This document shows, piece after piece, positions 46,586 through 56,971 of a DNA stretch of 64,000 bases (its first letter is position 1; the number at the start of each line of letters is the position of its first letter). Location of the stretch: the NCBI GenBank assembly GCA_036405175.1, contig DASWYC010000002.1, positions 537,080 to 601,079 of the forward strand. Direction: 5' to 3'. The notes beneath the pieces were generated by a model. It searched no databases. It was not told where the DNA came from and was given only the letters and a program-made list of their open reading frames with translations. Source of the stretch: Minisyncoccota bacterium. GTDB taxonomy: Bacteria; Patescibacteriota; Minisyncoccia; Phycocordibacterales; UBA1006. Both the position numbers and the translations under genes were made by a program.

Positions 46586-48523
46586 ATGACTCATTTCCTA
46601 GAAACACTTAACAACGAACAACGAGACGCTGTAATGACTACTGACGGAGCCCTCCTTATTGTGGCTGGAGCAGGAACCGGTAAAACCAAGACCTTAACCT
46701 CACGAATAGCGTATTTAATAGAGCAGGGGGTTGACCCAAAATCAATCCTCGCAGTCACCTTTACCAATAAAGCAGCCAAGGAAATGCGAGAGCGTATTGC
46801 TCACTTAACAAATCTTGAATACTATAACTCACCCCTCCTGTTAACATTTCACTCGCTTGGTGTATATATTTTACGTAATTTTGGGCAACCATTTGGGGTG
46901 CCAAAGAATTTCCGCATCATAGATATTGATGATTGTGAGGATTTAATCAAAGAAGCACTTACCAAGCTTGGATACAACACCAAACAATACGATCCGCGCA
47001 CCATTCAGAAATATATTTCTAAAATTCGTAATGAAAACAAGAATCCCGGAGAAATGGATGAGCAACGCTACGGCGGCCGGCCGCTGGATAGTATTGTTAA
47101 AAAAGTCTATCCACTTTATGAGGAATATAAAAAACGCGATAAATCATATGACTTTGACGATTTACTGGTGGTGACCCGCGATTTGATTAAGAAAAATAAA
47201 GATCTTCAGCAACAACTTAGTACTACCTGGAAATATGTTCATATTGATGAGTATCAGGATACCAACGAGCTTCAATATGAATTAGCTGACTTATTAGTAC
47301 AAGGCCATGGAAATATTTGCGTAGTAGGAGATGGGGATCAGACTATTTATTCATGGCGTGGAGCAACTATTCGTAATATTCTCCAATTTAGCCAAGACTT
47401 TCCTGGAGCTAAGCAGGTGATACTTAAATACAACTACCGTTCAACCAAAAGTATTCTTGATGCGGCTCATGCTGTGGTGTCAAAAAATGTGGCTCGTATT
47501 GATAAGGAGCTCCTTTCAACCAAAGAAGACGGTAAAAAGATTCAACTTGCCATGTATCGCACTGACAAAGAAGAAGCAGAAGCAGTGCTCAGAAGTATTA
47601 AGGATTTACTCAATAGTGGAATTTCTGAACACGAAATTGCGGTGCTATACCGCACCAACGCACAGTCACGCGCCCTCGAAGAAGCAGCGATTCATGCCGG
47701 TATTAATTACTCAATTACCGGGGTTCGCTTCTTTGATCGTAAAGAAATTAAGGATATTGTTGGTTACTTGCGATTATTGCTTGAACCAACCAGTCTGGTT
47801 GATATTAAACGCGTAGTAAATGTGCCTACGCGCGGTATTGGTCCGGCATCGGTTGCAAAAATTATTTCCGGCGACATTAATGGTCTTTCTCCAAAAGCAC
47901 GCGCATCATATGAAGAATTTAGCAATGTAATTCTTCATTCAAAAAAGTTCTTGCAAACCAACACCCTTCACGAAACAATTCTTGAATTGTTAAAGAAAGC
48001 AAAATTCCTTGAACAATACAGCGAATCAAATCCTGAAGATTTAGAACGCCTTCAGAACATTGACGAATTAATTAACTACGCATCACAGTTTGGCAATCTT
48101 CCTGGAGAAGAAGCACTCATTTTGATGCTTGATGAAGTTATGTTGATGTCTGGAACCGAGCAGTCACGCAAGAGTGATTCTTCTGAGCAAATTAAAAGTG
48201 TTAGCTTTATGACCATTCACAGCGCAAAAGGTCTTGAATTTAATGCGGTGTTTATTGTTGGACTTGAAGAGGGAATTTTTCCAAGCATGCGCGCAGAAAC
48301 AAAAGAATTGGAAGAGGAGCGTCGGCTTATGTATGTCGCAATTACGCGAGCAAAAGAAGAACTCTTTCTTTCTTATTGTTCTATGCGCCGTATTTATGGG
48401 CAGCTCACATTTTCACTCCCATCTCAATTCATTAATGATATTCCTCACACACTTATTGAATCTCAATTACCAAGTAAACAAAATGATAAATCACTGCCAA
48501 CCATTTATTTTGATGATTTTTAA
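46586..48523 (+). CDS. uvrD: ATP-dependent DNA helicase UvrD/PcrA family
   Basis: Walker A VAGAGTGKT; motifs …TFHSLG…, …VDEYQDTN…, …YRS…, …VTRAKEEL…. Confidence 0.85.
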   Translation: MTHFLETLNNEQRDAVMTTDGALLIVAGAGTGKTKTLTSRIAYLIEQGVDPKSILAVTFTNKAAKEMRERIAHLTNLEYYNSPLLLTFHSLGVYILRNFGQPFGVPKNFRIIDIDDCEDLIKEALTKLGYNTKQYDPRTIQKYISKIRNENKNPGEMDEQRYGGRPLDSIVKKVYPLYEEYKKRDKSYDFDDLLVVTRDLIKKNKDLQQQLSTTWKYVHIDEYQDTNELQYELADLLVQGHGNICVVGDGDQTIYSWRGATIRNILQFSQDFPGAKQVILKYNYRSTKSILDAAHAVVSKNVARIDKELLSTKEDGKKIQLAMYRTDKEEAEAVLRSIKDLLNSGISEHEIAVLYRTNAQSRALEEAAIHAGINYSITGVRFFDRKEIKDIVGYLRLLLEPTSLVDIKRVVNVPTRGIGPASVAKIISGDINGLSPKARASYEEFSNVILHSKKFLQTNTLHETILELLKKAKFLEQYSESNPEDLERLQNIDELINYASQFGNLPGEEALILMLDEVMLMSGTEQSRKSDSSEQIKSVSFMTIHSAKGLEFNAVFIVGLEEGIFPSMRAETKELEEERRLMYVAITRAKEELFLSYCSMRRIYGQLTFSLPSQFINDIPHTLIESQLPSKQNDKSLPTIYFDDF

Positions 48524-48752
48524 TAAAAGTATCCTAGAGAAAAACCCCAGAAACAAGGCTCCTGGGATTTCTTTAATCTATTTTATTTTGTAATAATCTA
48601 TCTTTTGAGATTACTCTTGTTTTTTCTTTCGTCAAGTTAATAAAAAGAAGTGCTAGAAACTCTCTAACACTTCCATAATCAAACTCAAAACACCTATTGT
48701 TATTCTTCCTTTCTTTCTAATTTGTAATTTAATTATAGTTTTATAAAAATTT

Positions 48753-50927
48753 TTGTCAAAAATATTTTTAACATGCGATATACTAATACGTATGGATGAT
48801 CAGCACGATGACAAATTAGCATATTCACTTCCACGTCGTGACACGATTGCAGATGAAGAATTAGATCTTAAAAAACTTCAGGAAGAAGAGTTGCTCAAAT
48901 CTCAAGCACCTCTTTTGGGTTTCACGTACATCAATCTTAAAATTACTCCGCTCACCAACGATGCGCTTGGTGCAATTGCAGAAGATAGAGCTCGCAAAGC
49001 ATTCTGTGCTGGATTTAAACTTATCAACAAAGATCTCCACATTGCTATTCGCTATCCATCATCAGATGAATGGAAAAATCTTTTAACTGAATTACAAAAA
49101 ACTTATACGGTTCATCTGTATCTTGCTTCACTTGAAAGCCTCAACTTTGCATGGTCACACTATGAAGATATTTCACGTGCAACACGCTCACGAGAGTCTT
49201 TGATTGATCTTTCAGAAACCAGTATTCAAGAAATTGAATCAAAGATTTCTACCAATGCAGATATTATTGCACTCTTTAAAACTATTTCTGAACAAGATAC
49301 TCAGCGTGTTACCCGCATGATTGAAATCTTGATGGGAAGTGCCATTGCAACAAAATCTTCAGATATTCACGCAGAGCCTACAGAAACTAATGTCCGCATT
49401 CGCTATCGCCAAGATGGTGTTTTACAGGATGTTTTAACCCTTACTCACGAAACGTACAAACAAGTTTTATCTCGTATCAAAGTGCTTTCTGGACTTAAAA
49501 TTACTCGCACCAAAGAAGCACAAGATGGACGATTTTCTATTAAGTCTCACGACAAAGATGTTGAAGTACGTGTTTCTACCGTTCCAAGTGCATACGGAGA
49601 AAGTTTAGTAATGCGTGTACTTGACCCTGATGGACTTCAGGTTGATCTTACTGAACTCGGATTCAACGAGACTCTGCTTCCTATTATTCAACAGGAAATT
49701 ATTCGTCCTGATGGTCTTATTTTAACCTGTGGACCAACCGGATCAGGAAAAACCACCACCCTCTATTCATTCTTAAAGCAAGTATATAGCCCTGATTCAA
49801 AAATCATTACTATTGAAGATCCAATTGAATATCACCTTGATGGTATTGAGCAAACTCAAGTTGAAACAGAAAAAGGATATACATTCTTGCTTGGACTTCG
49901 ATCAGCGCTTCGCCAGGATCCAGATATCATCATGGTGGGAGAAATTCGTGACGGAGAAACAGCACAAACTGCCATTAATGCATCATTGGCAGGGCACATG
50001 GTGTTCTCAACGCTTCACACCAACTCAGCAGCAGGAGCAATTCCACGCCTTTTGGATTTGAAAGTTTCAGGAGGAACCCTCAGATCGTCGCTTCAAACTA
50101 TTTTGGCACAGCGATTGGTGCGTAAATTGTGTCCGCATTGCAAAGAAGCGTATAAAGCATCGGAGCATGAAATGGATATTCTTAAAAAAATCATCACTAA
50201 TGCATCACCAGCTAAAAATTTAAGTTCATACCTCACACAAACTGAAGAACCTTTTACACTTTATAAACATGTTGGCTGTCCGCAATGTGATGGAACAGGA
50301 TATAAAGGTCGTATTGGAATCTTTGAAGGTATTCAAATGACACATGAGATTGAAAATCTTCTTGAGAATAACAATATTCCAAGTGAACGTGACGTATGGT
50401 ATGCCGCTCGCAATCAAGGAATTCTTACGATGGGTGAGGATGGAGTCGTAAAACTCTTAAACGGAGTAACATCATACGATGAAGTGGAGCGTGTTGTTGA
50501 TCTTACTGGATATGGAACCATTTATGATTCAACTATTGGTCAACCAATCGCATCAGCAACTGCTTCACCAACATTTGCACAGATGGAACATCACATTGAA
50601 GTATCACCGGATGTACCAACAATTACTGAAACTTCAACACCATTTGCGTTACTCTTAAATTATCTTGAACTTCTTATTACAGAACAAACAAAAAACCCAA
50701 CAAAGAATGCAACACATCAAATTGAGTTGGTAAAAAAAGCTCTTGGCGAGCTTCAACAACAAAATAGTTTTACACCACGGCACAATGATGCATCGGGTGC
50801 ACAAGAACTTAGTAAAATTTTAAATTTCCTTGATGCACTTTCAAATCATCAACAGCAAAATCCACATATTGGCGTAGAACAAGAACTCGAAAATGTAAAG
50901 TTGCATTTATCTGACTTACAAAAGTAA
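48753..50927 (+). CDS. Type II secretion / type IV pilus assembly ATPase (GspE/PilB family) with ~170-aa unique C-terminal extension
   Basis: Walker A LTCGPTGSGKTTT, Asp box …DPDIIMVGEIRD…, His box …GHMVFSTLHTNSA…, tetra-Cys CPHC…CPQCDGTGY. The C-terminal tail (…QQQNSFTPRHN…HQQQNPHIG…) has no counterpart in canonical PilB. Confidence 0.8.
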   Translation: MSKIFLTCDILIRMDDQHDDKLAYSLPRRDTIADEELDLKKLQEEELLKSQAPLLGFTYINLKITPLTNDALGAIAEDRARKAFCAGFKLINKDLHIAIRYPSSDEWKNLLTELQKTYTVHLYLASLESLNFAWSHYEDISRATRSRESLIDLSETSIQEIESKISTNADIIALFKTISEQDTQRVTRMIEILMGSAIATKSSDIHAEPTETNVRIRYRQDGVLQDVLTLTHETYKQVLSRIKVLSGLKITRTKEAQDGRFSIKSHDKDVEVRVSTVPSAYGESLVMRVLDPDGLQVDLTELGFNETLLPIIQQEIIRPDGLILTCGPTGSGKTTTLYSFLKQVYSPDSKIITIEDPIEYHLDGIEQTQVETEKGYTFLLGLRSALRQDPDIIMVGEIRDGETAQTAINASLAGHMVFSTLHTNSAAGAIPRLLDLKVSGGTLRSSLQTILAQRLVRKLCPHCKEAYKASEHEMDILKKIITNASPAKNLSSYLTQTEEPFTLYKHVGCPQCDGTGYKGRIGIFEGIQMTHEIENLLENNNIPSERDVWYAARNQGILTMGEDGVVKLLNGVTSYDEVERVVDLTGYGTIYDSTIGQPIASATASPTFAQMEHHIEVSPDVPTITETSTPFALLLNYLELLITEQTKNPTKNATHQIELVKKALGELQQQNSFTPRHNDASGAQELSKILNFLDALSNHQQQNPHIGVEQELENVKLHLSDLQK

Positions 50928-50964
50928 TCTACGACAAGAGCGTGAGCTAAAAACTCTGATATAC

Positions 50965-51140
50965 TTAATCACGTACAGCTTTGTACGCACACAAAAACCC
51001 ACACACAAGTTTCTTGGCTACCCTACCCCTGAAGAGGTATTGAGAAAGTAGATGAGGATAACCACAGCCTAGGCCATGATGTCCTTTCTAAGAACTCAGA
51101 CTTGCGCCGGTAACCAAGAAACTTATACGTGGGTTGTAAG
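50965..51140 (+). ncRNA. Candidate structured RNA / structured 5' region in the 430-bp pilB–ruvB spacer
   Basis: Hairpin cgtaca-gctt-tgtacg (50971-50988). Long-range complementarity 50993-51020 (aaacccacacacaagtttcttggctacc) versus 51109-51135 (ggtaaccaagaaacttatacgtgggtt), ~25 bp with G·U pairs, enclosing ~90 nt. Strand not determined. Confidence 0.25.
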
Positions 51141-51360
51141 TGCGTCTCCTAAAGATATAAAAAATCACATCTCATATTTTGAGACGACTACACCGCTATT
51201 CAAATTACAAAAATCTATCAAATGATCCTTAATTTGCTAACACTACTATCTTAGCATATTTTATTTCATTTGTCAAATAATCTATAAAAAGAGCTTTTCT
51301 GTCAATAACTTATACCACACGCCGTTTGGCGGTTTTTTTATTTGCTCGTATACTATCATC

Positions 51361-52326
51361 ATGACTCATCTTAAAGATGTTACAAAAATTTCTGATCATG
51401 ATTTACGCCCAACTACGTGGAATGATTACATTGGACAAGACATGATTAAAAAAAATCTCCTTATTTTACTTGAAGCCGCACAATCACGATCAGTTTCTCC
51501 TGATCATATTCTTCTCTATGGACAACCAGGACTTGGTAAAACAACATTAGCTCATTTAATTGCAAAACATTTAGGAACCAACTTAATTCAAACAACGGGA
51601 CCGGTCATTGAAAAGGCGAGTGATCTTACCAGCACATTATCTTCTTTGTCTGCAGGTGATGTGTTGTTTATTGATGAAATTCATCGTCTTCCAAAAAGTG
51701 TTGAGGAAATTTTATATCCTGCAATGGAATCTGGAACGCTCGATATTATGATTGGAAAAGGTCCATCAGCACGCACGGTGCATATTGATTTGCAACCTTT
51801 TACCTTAATTGGTGCAACAACACGCTTATCTGAGCTTTCATCACCACTCAGAAGCCGATTTTCTGGAGGAATTTTTAAGCTTGAACCATATTCAAATAAC
51901 GATTTACATAATATCCTCAAGCGAACCGCTCGATTATTGGACATTAATCATGATGAAGATGTTTTACTTCATATTGCTGAGCGTTCACGCCGCACACCAC
52001 GCACCGCTAACTATTATTTACGTCGCGCCAGTGATTTGGCGCACATTCGCAATTCACAATTAACAGAATTACTGATCAAAGAAGCACTTACCTTGCTTGG
52101 AATTTCTCCGGAAGGACTTAGTTATACTGACCAGGAATACATAAAAGCATTACGCGATACGTTTAGCGGGGGACCAGTAGGGGTAAAAACTATTGCCGCA
52201 GCTATTGGAGAAGAGTCAAAAACGGTTGAAGATGTGATTGAACCCTACCTTTTATATGAGGGAATTATTGAAAAAACTCCTCAAGGACGTAAATTAACCA
52301 CGCGCGGCTACACTCTGCAGTTTTAA
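51361..52326 (+). CDS. ruvB: Holliday junction branch-migration helicase RuvB
   Basis: …LRPTTWNDYIGQD…; Walker A GQPGLGKTTLA; …LFIDEIHRL…; sensor and winged-helix domains. Confidence 0.9.
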   Translation: MTHLKDVTKISDHDLRPTTWNDYIGQDMIKKNLLILLEAAQSRSVSPDHILLYGQPGLGKTTLAHLIAKHLGTNLIQTTGPVIEKASDLTSTLSSLSAGDVLFIDEIHRLPKSVEEILYPAMESGTLDIMIGKGPSARTVHIDLQPFTLIGATTRLSELSSPLRSRFSGGIFKLEPYSNNDLHNILKRTARLLDINHDEDVLLHIAERSRRTPRTANYYLRRASDLAHIRNSQLTELLIKEALTLLGISPEGLSYTDQEYIKALRDTFSGGPVGVKTIAAAIGEESKTVEDVIEPYLLYEGIIEKTPQGRKLTTRGYTLQF

Positions 52327-52327
52327 T

Positions 52328-52807
52328 ATGAAAATCTTAGGTATTGATCCGGGCTATGATCGATTAGGAATTGCAATTATTGAATCACAATCACGTATTC
52401 AGGCTCATTATCTGAGTTCTGAATGTTTTACCACCAATAATACACTTGAATTTAATGAGCGCTTAGCACTCATTGTTGGACATATTGATGAAGTTTTCAA
52501 ACAAGAACAGCCAAATGCGCTTGTTTTGGAACTTTTATATATAAATAGCAACCAAAAAACCGTTATGTTTGTGGCCGAAGTCCGCGGAGCACTTAAAACA
52601 TTGGCTCATATTCACCGTATACCTATATATGAGATGAACCCACTTCAGATAAAATCAGCCATTACAGGACACGGACAGGCCTCAAAAAGCTCAGTAGCCT
52701 TTATGATTCCTAAGCTAATCACGCTTCCTACGCGTAAAATGATTGATGATGAAGTAGATGCTATTGGAATTGCCTTAGCCGGTGTGGCCCATTTTTCACT
52801 ATTTTAA
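52328..52807 (+). CDS. ruvC: Crossover junction endodeoxyribonuclease RuvC
   Basis: MKILGIDPGYDRLGIAIIE… (RNase H-like fold, catalytic Asp) …DAIGIALAG… Directly follows ruvB. Confidence 0.85.
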   Translation: MKILGIDPGYDRLGIAIIESQSRIQAHYLSSECFTTNNTLEFNERLALIVGHIDEVFKQEQPNALVLELLYINSNQKTVMFVAEVRGALKTLAHIHRIPIYEMNPLQIKSAITGHGQASKSSVAFMIPKLITLPTRKMIDDEVDAIGIALAGVAHFSLF

Positions 52808-52934
52808 TTAAAACTTAATGATTTTTGTAATAAGATCCATATACTACCGTCTTTATTGGGACTGTTTACATTTTCTGTATTCTGTTCTACATTTCCATGA
52901 TACGATTAGAAAGAGAAATATTTCTTTTATTTAT

Positions 52935-55460
52935 ATGAATCAAACGCCAATCCACAAAAAAGTTCTCGTTCGCAAAAAGAAGCCAAATCCGTTTCTTAAA
53001 TTCCTCGAATCGCTTGTAATTGCAGGGGTTTCTGGAGTATTTATCCTTGCGGGAGTGCTCTTTTTATGGATTTCTCTTCTCCAGGTGCCACCACTTGAAG
53101 GATTTCATGAGCGTATTGTTTCAAACTCAACCAAAATCTATGATCGCACCGGGAAAGTAGTACTCTATGATATTTACGAAAATGCACAACGCACCCTTGT
53201 TCCTCTTAAGGATATTTCTCCTTTAATCCTTAAAGCGGTTGTTTCTACCGAGGACAAAAGCTTTTATCAGCACCACGGAATTGACATTAAATCAACTACG
53301 CGTGCAATTACTTATACCGCACTCAACAAACTAGGAATCAACAAAAAGCTTGAAGTACAGGGAGGTTCTACTATTACTCAACAGGTTCTTAAGAATACTG
53401 TTCTTACGAGCGATAAAACCCTTACCCGTAAACTTAAAGAGTGGTTCTTAGCGGTTCGCCTTGAACAAAAACTCTCAAAAGATGAAATCATTGAACACTA
53501 TTTGAATGAAATCCCATTTGGAGGATCACTGTACGGTATTGAAGAAGCATCTCAGACCTTCTTTGGTAAAAAATCAAGCGAGGTAACCACCGCAGAAGCA
53601 GCGTATCTTGCAGCTATCATTAACCTTCCAACCTATTATTCTCCATATGGAAATAATCGCGTTAAGCTTGATGCTCGCAAAAACTTTGTACTTTCAAACA
53701 TGTTAAATGAGGGTTATATCACCAAAGACGAATATAATAAAGCAAAAGCAGAAGTAATCACCTTTCAGCCACTCTCAGAAACTCAATCAAAAGCTATTCA
53801 CTTTGTACTTTCAGTACGTGAATACCTTGAAAATAAATATGGAAAAGATATGGTTGAAAACCAGGGACTTAAAGTAACCACGACACTTGATTGGGAGCTT
53901 CAAGAAAAAGCAGAAGAAATTGTAAAAAAGAATGCCGAAGCAAATGAAGCAGCCTGGAACGCAAAAAATCAAGCGCTCATCGCAATTCAGCCAAAGACTG
54001 GGCAAATCCTTGCCATGGTTGGATCACGTGATTACAACAACGACGAAGTTGATGGAAAATTCAATATCACCACATCAGCACTTCGTCAGCCAGGATCATC
54101 ATTCAAGCCGTTTATTTACGCAGCCTCATTTGAAAAAGGCTATACCGACAAATCAATTCTCTTTGATGTCCCAACGCAATTTACCCAAAGCTGTGATGTA
54201 AATCAGTTTACGCAAAAGGACGGATGTTATTCACCTAATAATTACGACGGCAAGTATCGTGGAGCAATGAGTGTTCGCAACGCACTTGCGCAATCTATTA
54301 ACGTTCCGGCGGTGAAAATGCTCTATTTGGTTGGAGTTCCTGAATCACTCACCATGGCTAAACGTCTTGGAATCACCACCCTTAAAGATGCAAACCAGTA
54401 CGGACTTACCTTGGTGCTTGGAGGTGGAGAAGTAACACTTCTTCAAATGACGAGCGCGTATGGAGTATTTGCAAACGATGGGGTTCGCAACGCACCAACT
54501 CAAATCCTGAAGGTTGAAACCTTTGATGGAAAAGTTCTTGAATCATATACACCAAAAGAAGAAAAAGTACTTGCACCACAAGTTGCACGCATGATTACCG
54601 ATATTCTTGCTGACAACGTAGCACGTACACCACTCTTTGGATCAAATTCATTCCTTTACTTTGGATCAGGAGTGAATGTTGCAGGAAAAACAGGAACCAC
54701 CAATAACAATAAAGATGCATGGTTGATTGGGTATACTCCGGAAATAGCGATTGGTGTTTGGAGTGGAAACAACAACAACACCGCCATGAAAAAAGGTTCT
54801 GCAATTTCTGGACCAACTTTTAAAGAGGTTATGAATGAAGCAATTAAGCTCTATGGTGTAACCAACTTTATGCCACCAGAACAAATTATTACCGGCAAAC
54901 CTATTCTGGATGGTCTTTGGCAAGGAGATACCGTTGATTCACGCCAAATTGGAACCGATGCTAATGGAAATCCTATTAAAGAAACCGTAGTACAACCAAA
55001 TCTTCACTCAGAACTTTACTGGATTAACCGCACCGATCCAACAGGACCACGTCCCGCCAACCCAAGCGCTGCAAGTTCACTCTTTGCTCACTTTGAAGCT
55101 GGAATAATTAAATACTTTGGTTATAGCGGCGAACAAGGAGATGCTGTAGTACTTGGTGGCAGCGGAGCTCCTAAAAAGAATGGGAAAGCATATCTCTTGC
55201 TTGAAACTGAAAATAAGATATCTCGTTCAAAGCCAACCACTATTTCATTTGAAAAGGCTGAACCAGAAACTGAAATTGAATACGTAGAATTTACTGTTGG
55301 CTCAAAAGTAATCGGACGCATCACTAATGGCTCATACAGAATAACTGTTGATCCTGCTGATGTCCAAAATCTTGGAGAAACGAGCACTCTTACCGTCACT
55401 ACCAAGCTTAAAAATGGAGAACTTTCTAACTTTGAGTATAAAGTAACCATTGTAAACTAA
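52935..55460 (+). CDS. Class A penicillin-binding protein (GT51 transglycosylase + transpeptidase) with ~180-aa C-terminal extension; start at MNQTPIHKK
   Basis: N-terminal TM helix. GT51 motifs …EDKSFYQHHGID… and …GGSTITQQ… Transpeptidase SxxK-context …GSSFKP…, …SxN (SIN)…, KTGT. Confidence 0.85.
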   Translation: MNQTPIHKKVLVRKKKPNPFLKFLESLVIAGVSGVFILAGVLFLWISLLQVPPLEGFHERIVSNSTKIYDRTGKVVLYDIYENAQRTLVPLKDISPLILKAVVSTEDKSFYQHHGIDIKSTTRAITYTALNKLGINKKLEVQGGSTITQQVLKNTVLTSDKTLTRKLKEWFLAVRLEQKLSKDEIIEHYLNEIPFGGSLYGIEEASQTFFGKKSSEVTTAEAAYLAAIINLPTYYSPYGNNRVKLDARKNFVLSNMLNEGYITKDEYNKAKAEVITFQPLSETQSKAIHFVLSVREYLENKYGKDMVENQGLKVTTTLDWELQEKAEEIVKKNAEANEAAWNAKNQALIAIQPKTGQILAMVGSRDYNNDEVDGKFNITTSALRQPGSSFKPFIYAASFEKGYTDKSILFDVPTQFTQSCDVNQFTQKDGCYSPNNYDGKYRGAMSVRNALAQSINVPAVKMLYLVGVPESLTMAKRLGITTLKDANQYGLTLVLGGGEVTLLQMTSAYGVFANDGVRNAPTQILKVETFDGKVLESYTPKEEKVLAPQVARMITDILADNVARTPLFGSNSFLYFGSGVNVAGKTGTTNNNKDAWLIGYTPEIAIGVWSGNNNNTAMKKGSAISGPTFKEVMNEAIKLYGVTNFMPPEQIITGKPILDGLWQGDTVDSRQIGTDANGNPIKETVVQPNLHSELYWINRTDPTGPRPANPSAASSLFAHFEAGIIKYFGYSGEQGDAVVLGGSGAPKKNGKAYLLLETENKISRSKPTTISFEKAEPETEIEYVEFTVGSKVIGRITNGSYRITVDPADVQNLGETSTLTVTTKLKNGELSNFEYKVTIVN

Positions 55461-55463
55461 GAT

Positions 55464-55489
55464 AAAAGCCTCAATTTCTTGAGGCTTTT
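55464..55489. terminator. Bidirectional terminator aaaagcctcaatttcttgaggctttt
   Basis: 9-bp stem gcctcaa…ttgaggc with A/T flanks, between convergent genes. Confidence 0.7.
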
Positions 55490-55739
55490 ATCGTATATGA
55501 GTAATATAAATTTGTTGTTTTCTTAGAGATTCGATAATTTCTTCAGTATGAGCAAGAAGATTTTGTTTTTGAGAGGGAAGAAGCTTAATAGTGAGTGCTG
55601 CGTGACCTTTTTTAACATGAGCTTGTGTGAAAGGCACATCAATATACTGCTGCAATGCTTCAAAAATCACCAATTCTTCTGGCTTTTTTATTGAAAAGTG
55701 CTGAAGGAGCTGAGGAATCTGTGCAGTAATATGATTCAT
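55488..55739 (-). CDS. Small protein downstream of dnaN, possibly DUF721/DciA-like
   Basis: 83-aa ORF. …TQAHVKKGHAALTIKLLPSQKQNLLAHTEEIIESL… loosely fits the DUF721 pattern. Conserved position after dnaN. Confidence 0.35.
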   Translation of the reverse strand: MNHITAQIPQLLQHFSIKKPEELVIFEALQQYIDVPFTQAHVKKGHAALTIKLLPSQKQNLLAHTEEIIESLRKQQIYITHIR

Positions 55740-55864
55740 GAATTAAGTATACGCCAACCAACCACCTGTTCATGAATAGCGATATACACATCTTGACGGG
55801 TTATTGAGTAAGTTTTTTAAGTTAAAAGCACATTACTGTGCTTTTAAGATCGCAAGGTATACCA

Positions 55865-56971
55865 CTATGCTTGCATTGGCATGATTAAGTAGGTGAAATC
55901 TGGAGTATCTTTACCTCTAATGGTAAGCGGCTTCTTAGGAGAAATAGTAAATATCAACACATCGCTGTGGATTTTTGAAATTCCTTCAATTAAATACTGT
56001 TCATTTAAGGCGAAGGTGTATTCTTCACCTTCAAGTGCACCTTTAATAACTCCTTCTATTGAACCTTTTTCATCATTTTCTGTTTTCACCACCATTCCAA
56101 CTTCACTATTGAGCGAAACAGTAAGCTTGCGCACTGAATTTGAAACCACGGAAGACAATTTAAGAATATCTTCAACATCGCTTTTTAGGCAGGTAACCTT
56201 TGAGACTGTTTCTTGAGGAATAATACGCTGATAATCAGGGAACGCTCCATCAATATGACGCACCATAAGCGTAGTTTTTGGTAGTGAAACACGTAACAAG
56301 TGCTCAGACACACCACATTCGCAGCTTTCTTCTGGTGTAAAATTGCTTAAAATCTTAACCATATCCACCACGTTCTTAATAGGGATTAAAATTTTTGGAA
56401 ATCCTTGTGGAACGTTAATTTTCTTTTTAAGCTCTGCAAGACGAAATGAATCTGTTGCTACAGAAACTAATGTTTCATCAGTTTCATTTCTCCATAAACA
56501 TACTGCAGCAATTTCAGGTTTAATATCCGATGAAGATGCAGCAAACTCCACCATCTTAAGCAGCTCACTAAATTGACCAACAGGAAGCGAAAAGGTGAAA
56601 GTGTCACTTGGTAATGGAGTTGATGGAAATTCTTCTGATGAGACAATTTTGAGCGTCACAGATACATCAGGAGATATAACTTTCATTATTCCTTTTTGAA
56701 CATCAAGAGTAATAGTAGATTGTTTTGAAATTTTACTAATAAGTGCCGTAAGAAGCCCACCATCAACACATACTGATCCGGAAACTTCTACTTTTGCAGG
56801 CAATGCAACTTCAAGGGCGCAATTAAGATTGTTTGCGCGAATTGTACATCCGTCTTCATTGCATTCAATAAGATAGTTTGTAAGTAGTGGTGTCAAACTT
56901 TGCTTAATTGAAATTCCTGAGAGGATTCTCAAACTTCGTTCAAGGTCTTCCTGGGTAAAACTGGCTTTCAT
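55865..56971 (-). CDS. dnaN: DNA polymerase III beta sliding clamp
   Basis: 368 aa, three-domain length. Immediately downstream of dnaA. N-terminal MKASFTQEDL…L pattern typical of beta-clamp. Confidence 0.85.
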   Translation of the reverse strand: MKASFTQEDLERSLRILSGISIKQSLTPLLTNYLIECNEDGCTIRANNLNCALEVALPAKVEVSGSVCVDGGLLTALISKISKQSTITLDVQKGIMKVISPDVSVTLKIVSSEEFPSTPLPSDTFTFSLPVGQFSELLKMVEFAASSSDIKPEIAAVCLWRNETDETLVSVATDSFRLAELKKKINVPQGFPKILIPIKNVVDMVKILSNFTPEESCECGVSEHLLRVSLPKTTLMVRHIDGAFPDYQRIIPQETVSKVTCLKSDVEDILKLSSVVSNSVRKLTVSLNSEVGMVVKTENDEKGSIEGVIKGALEGEEYTFALNEQYLIEGISKIHSDVLIFTISPKKPLTIRGKDTPDFTYLIMPMQA

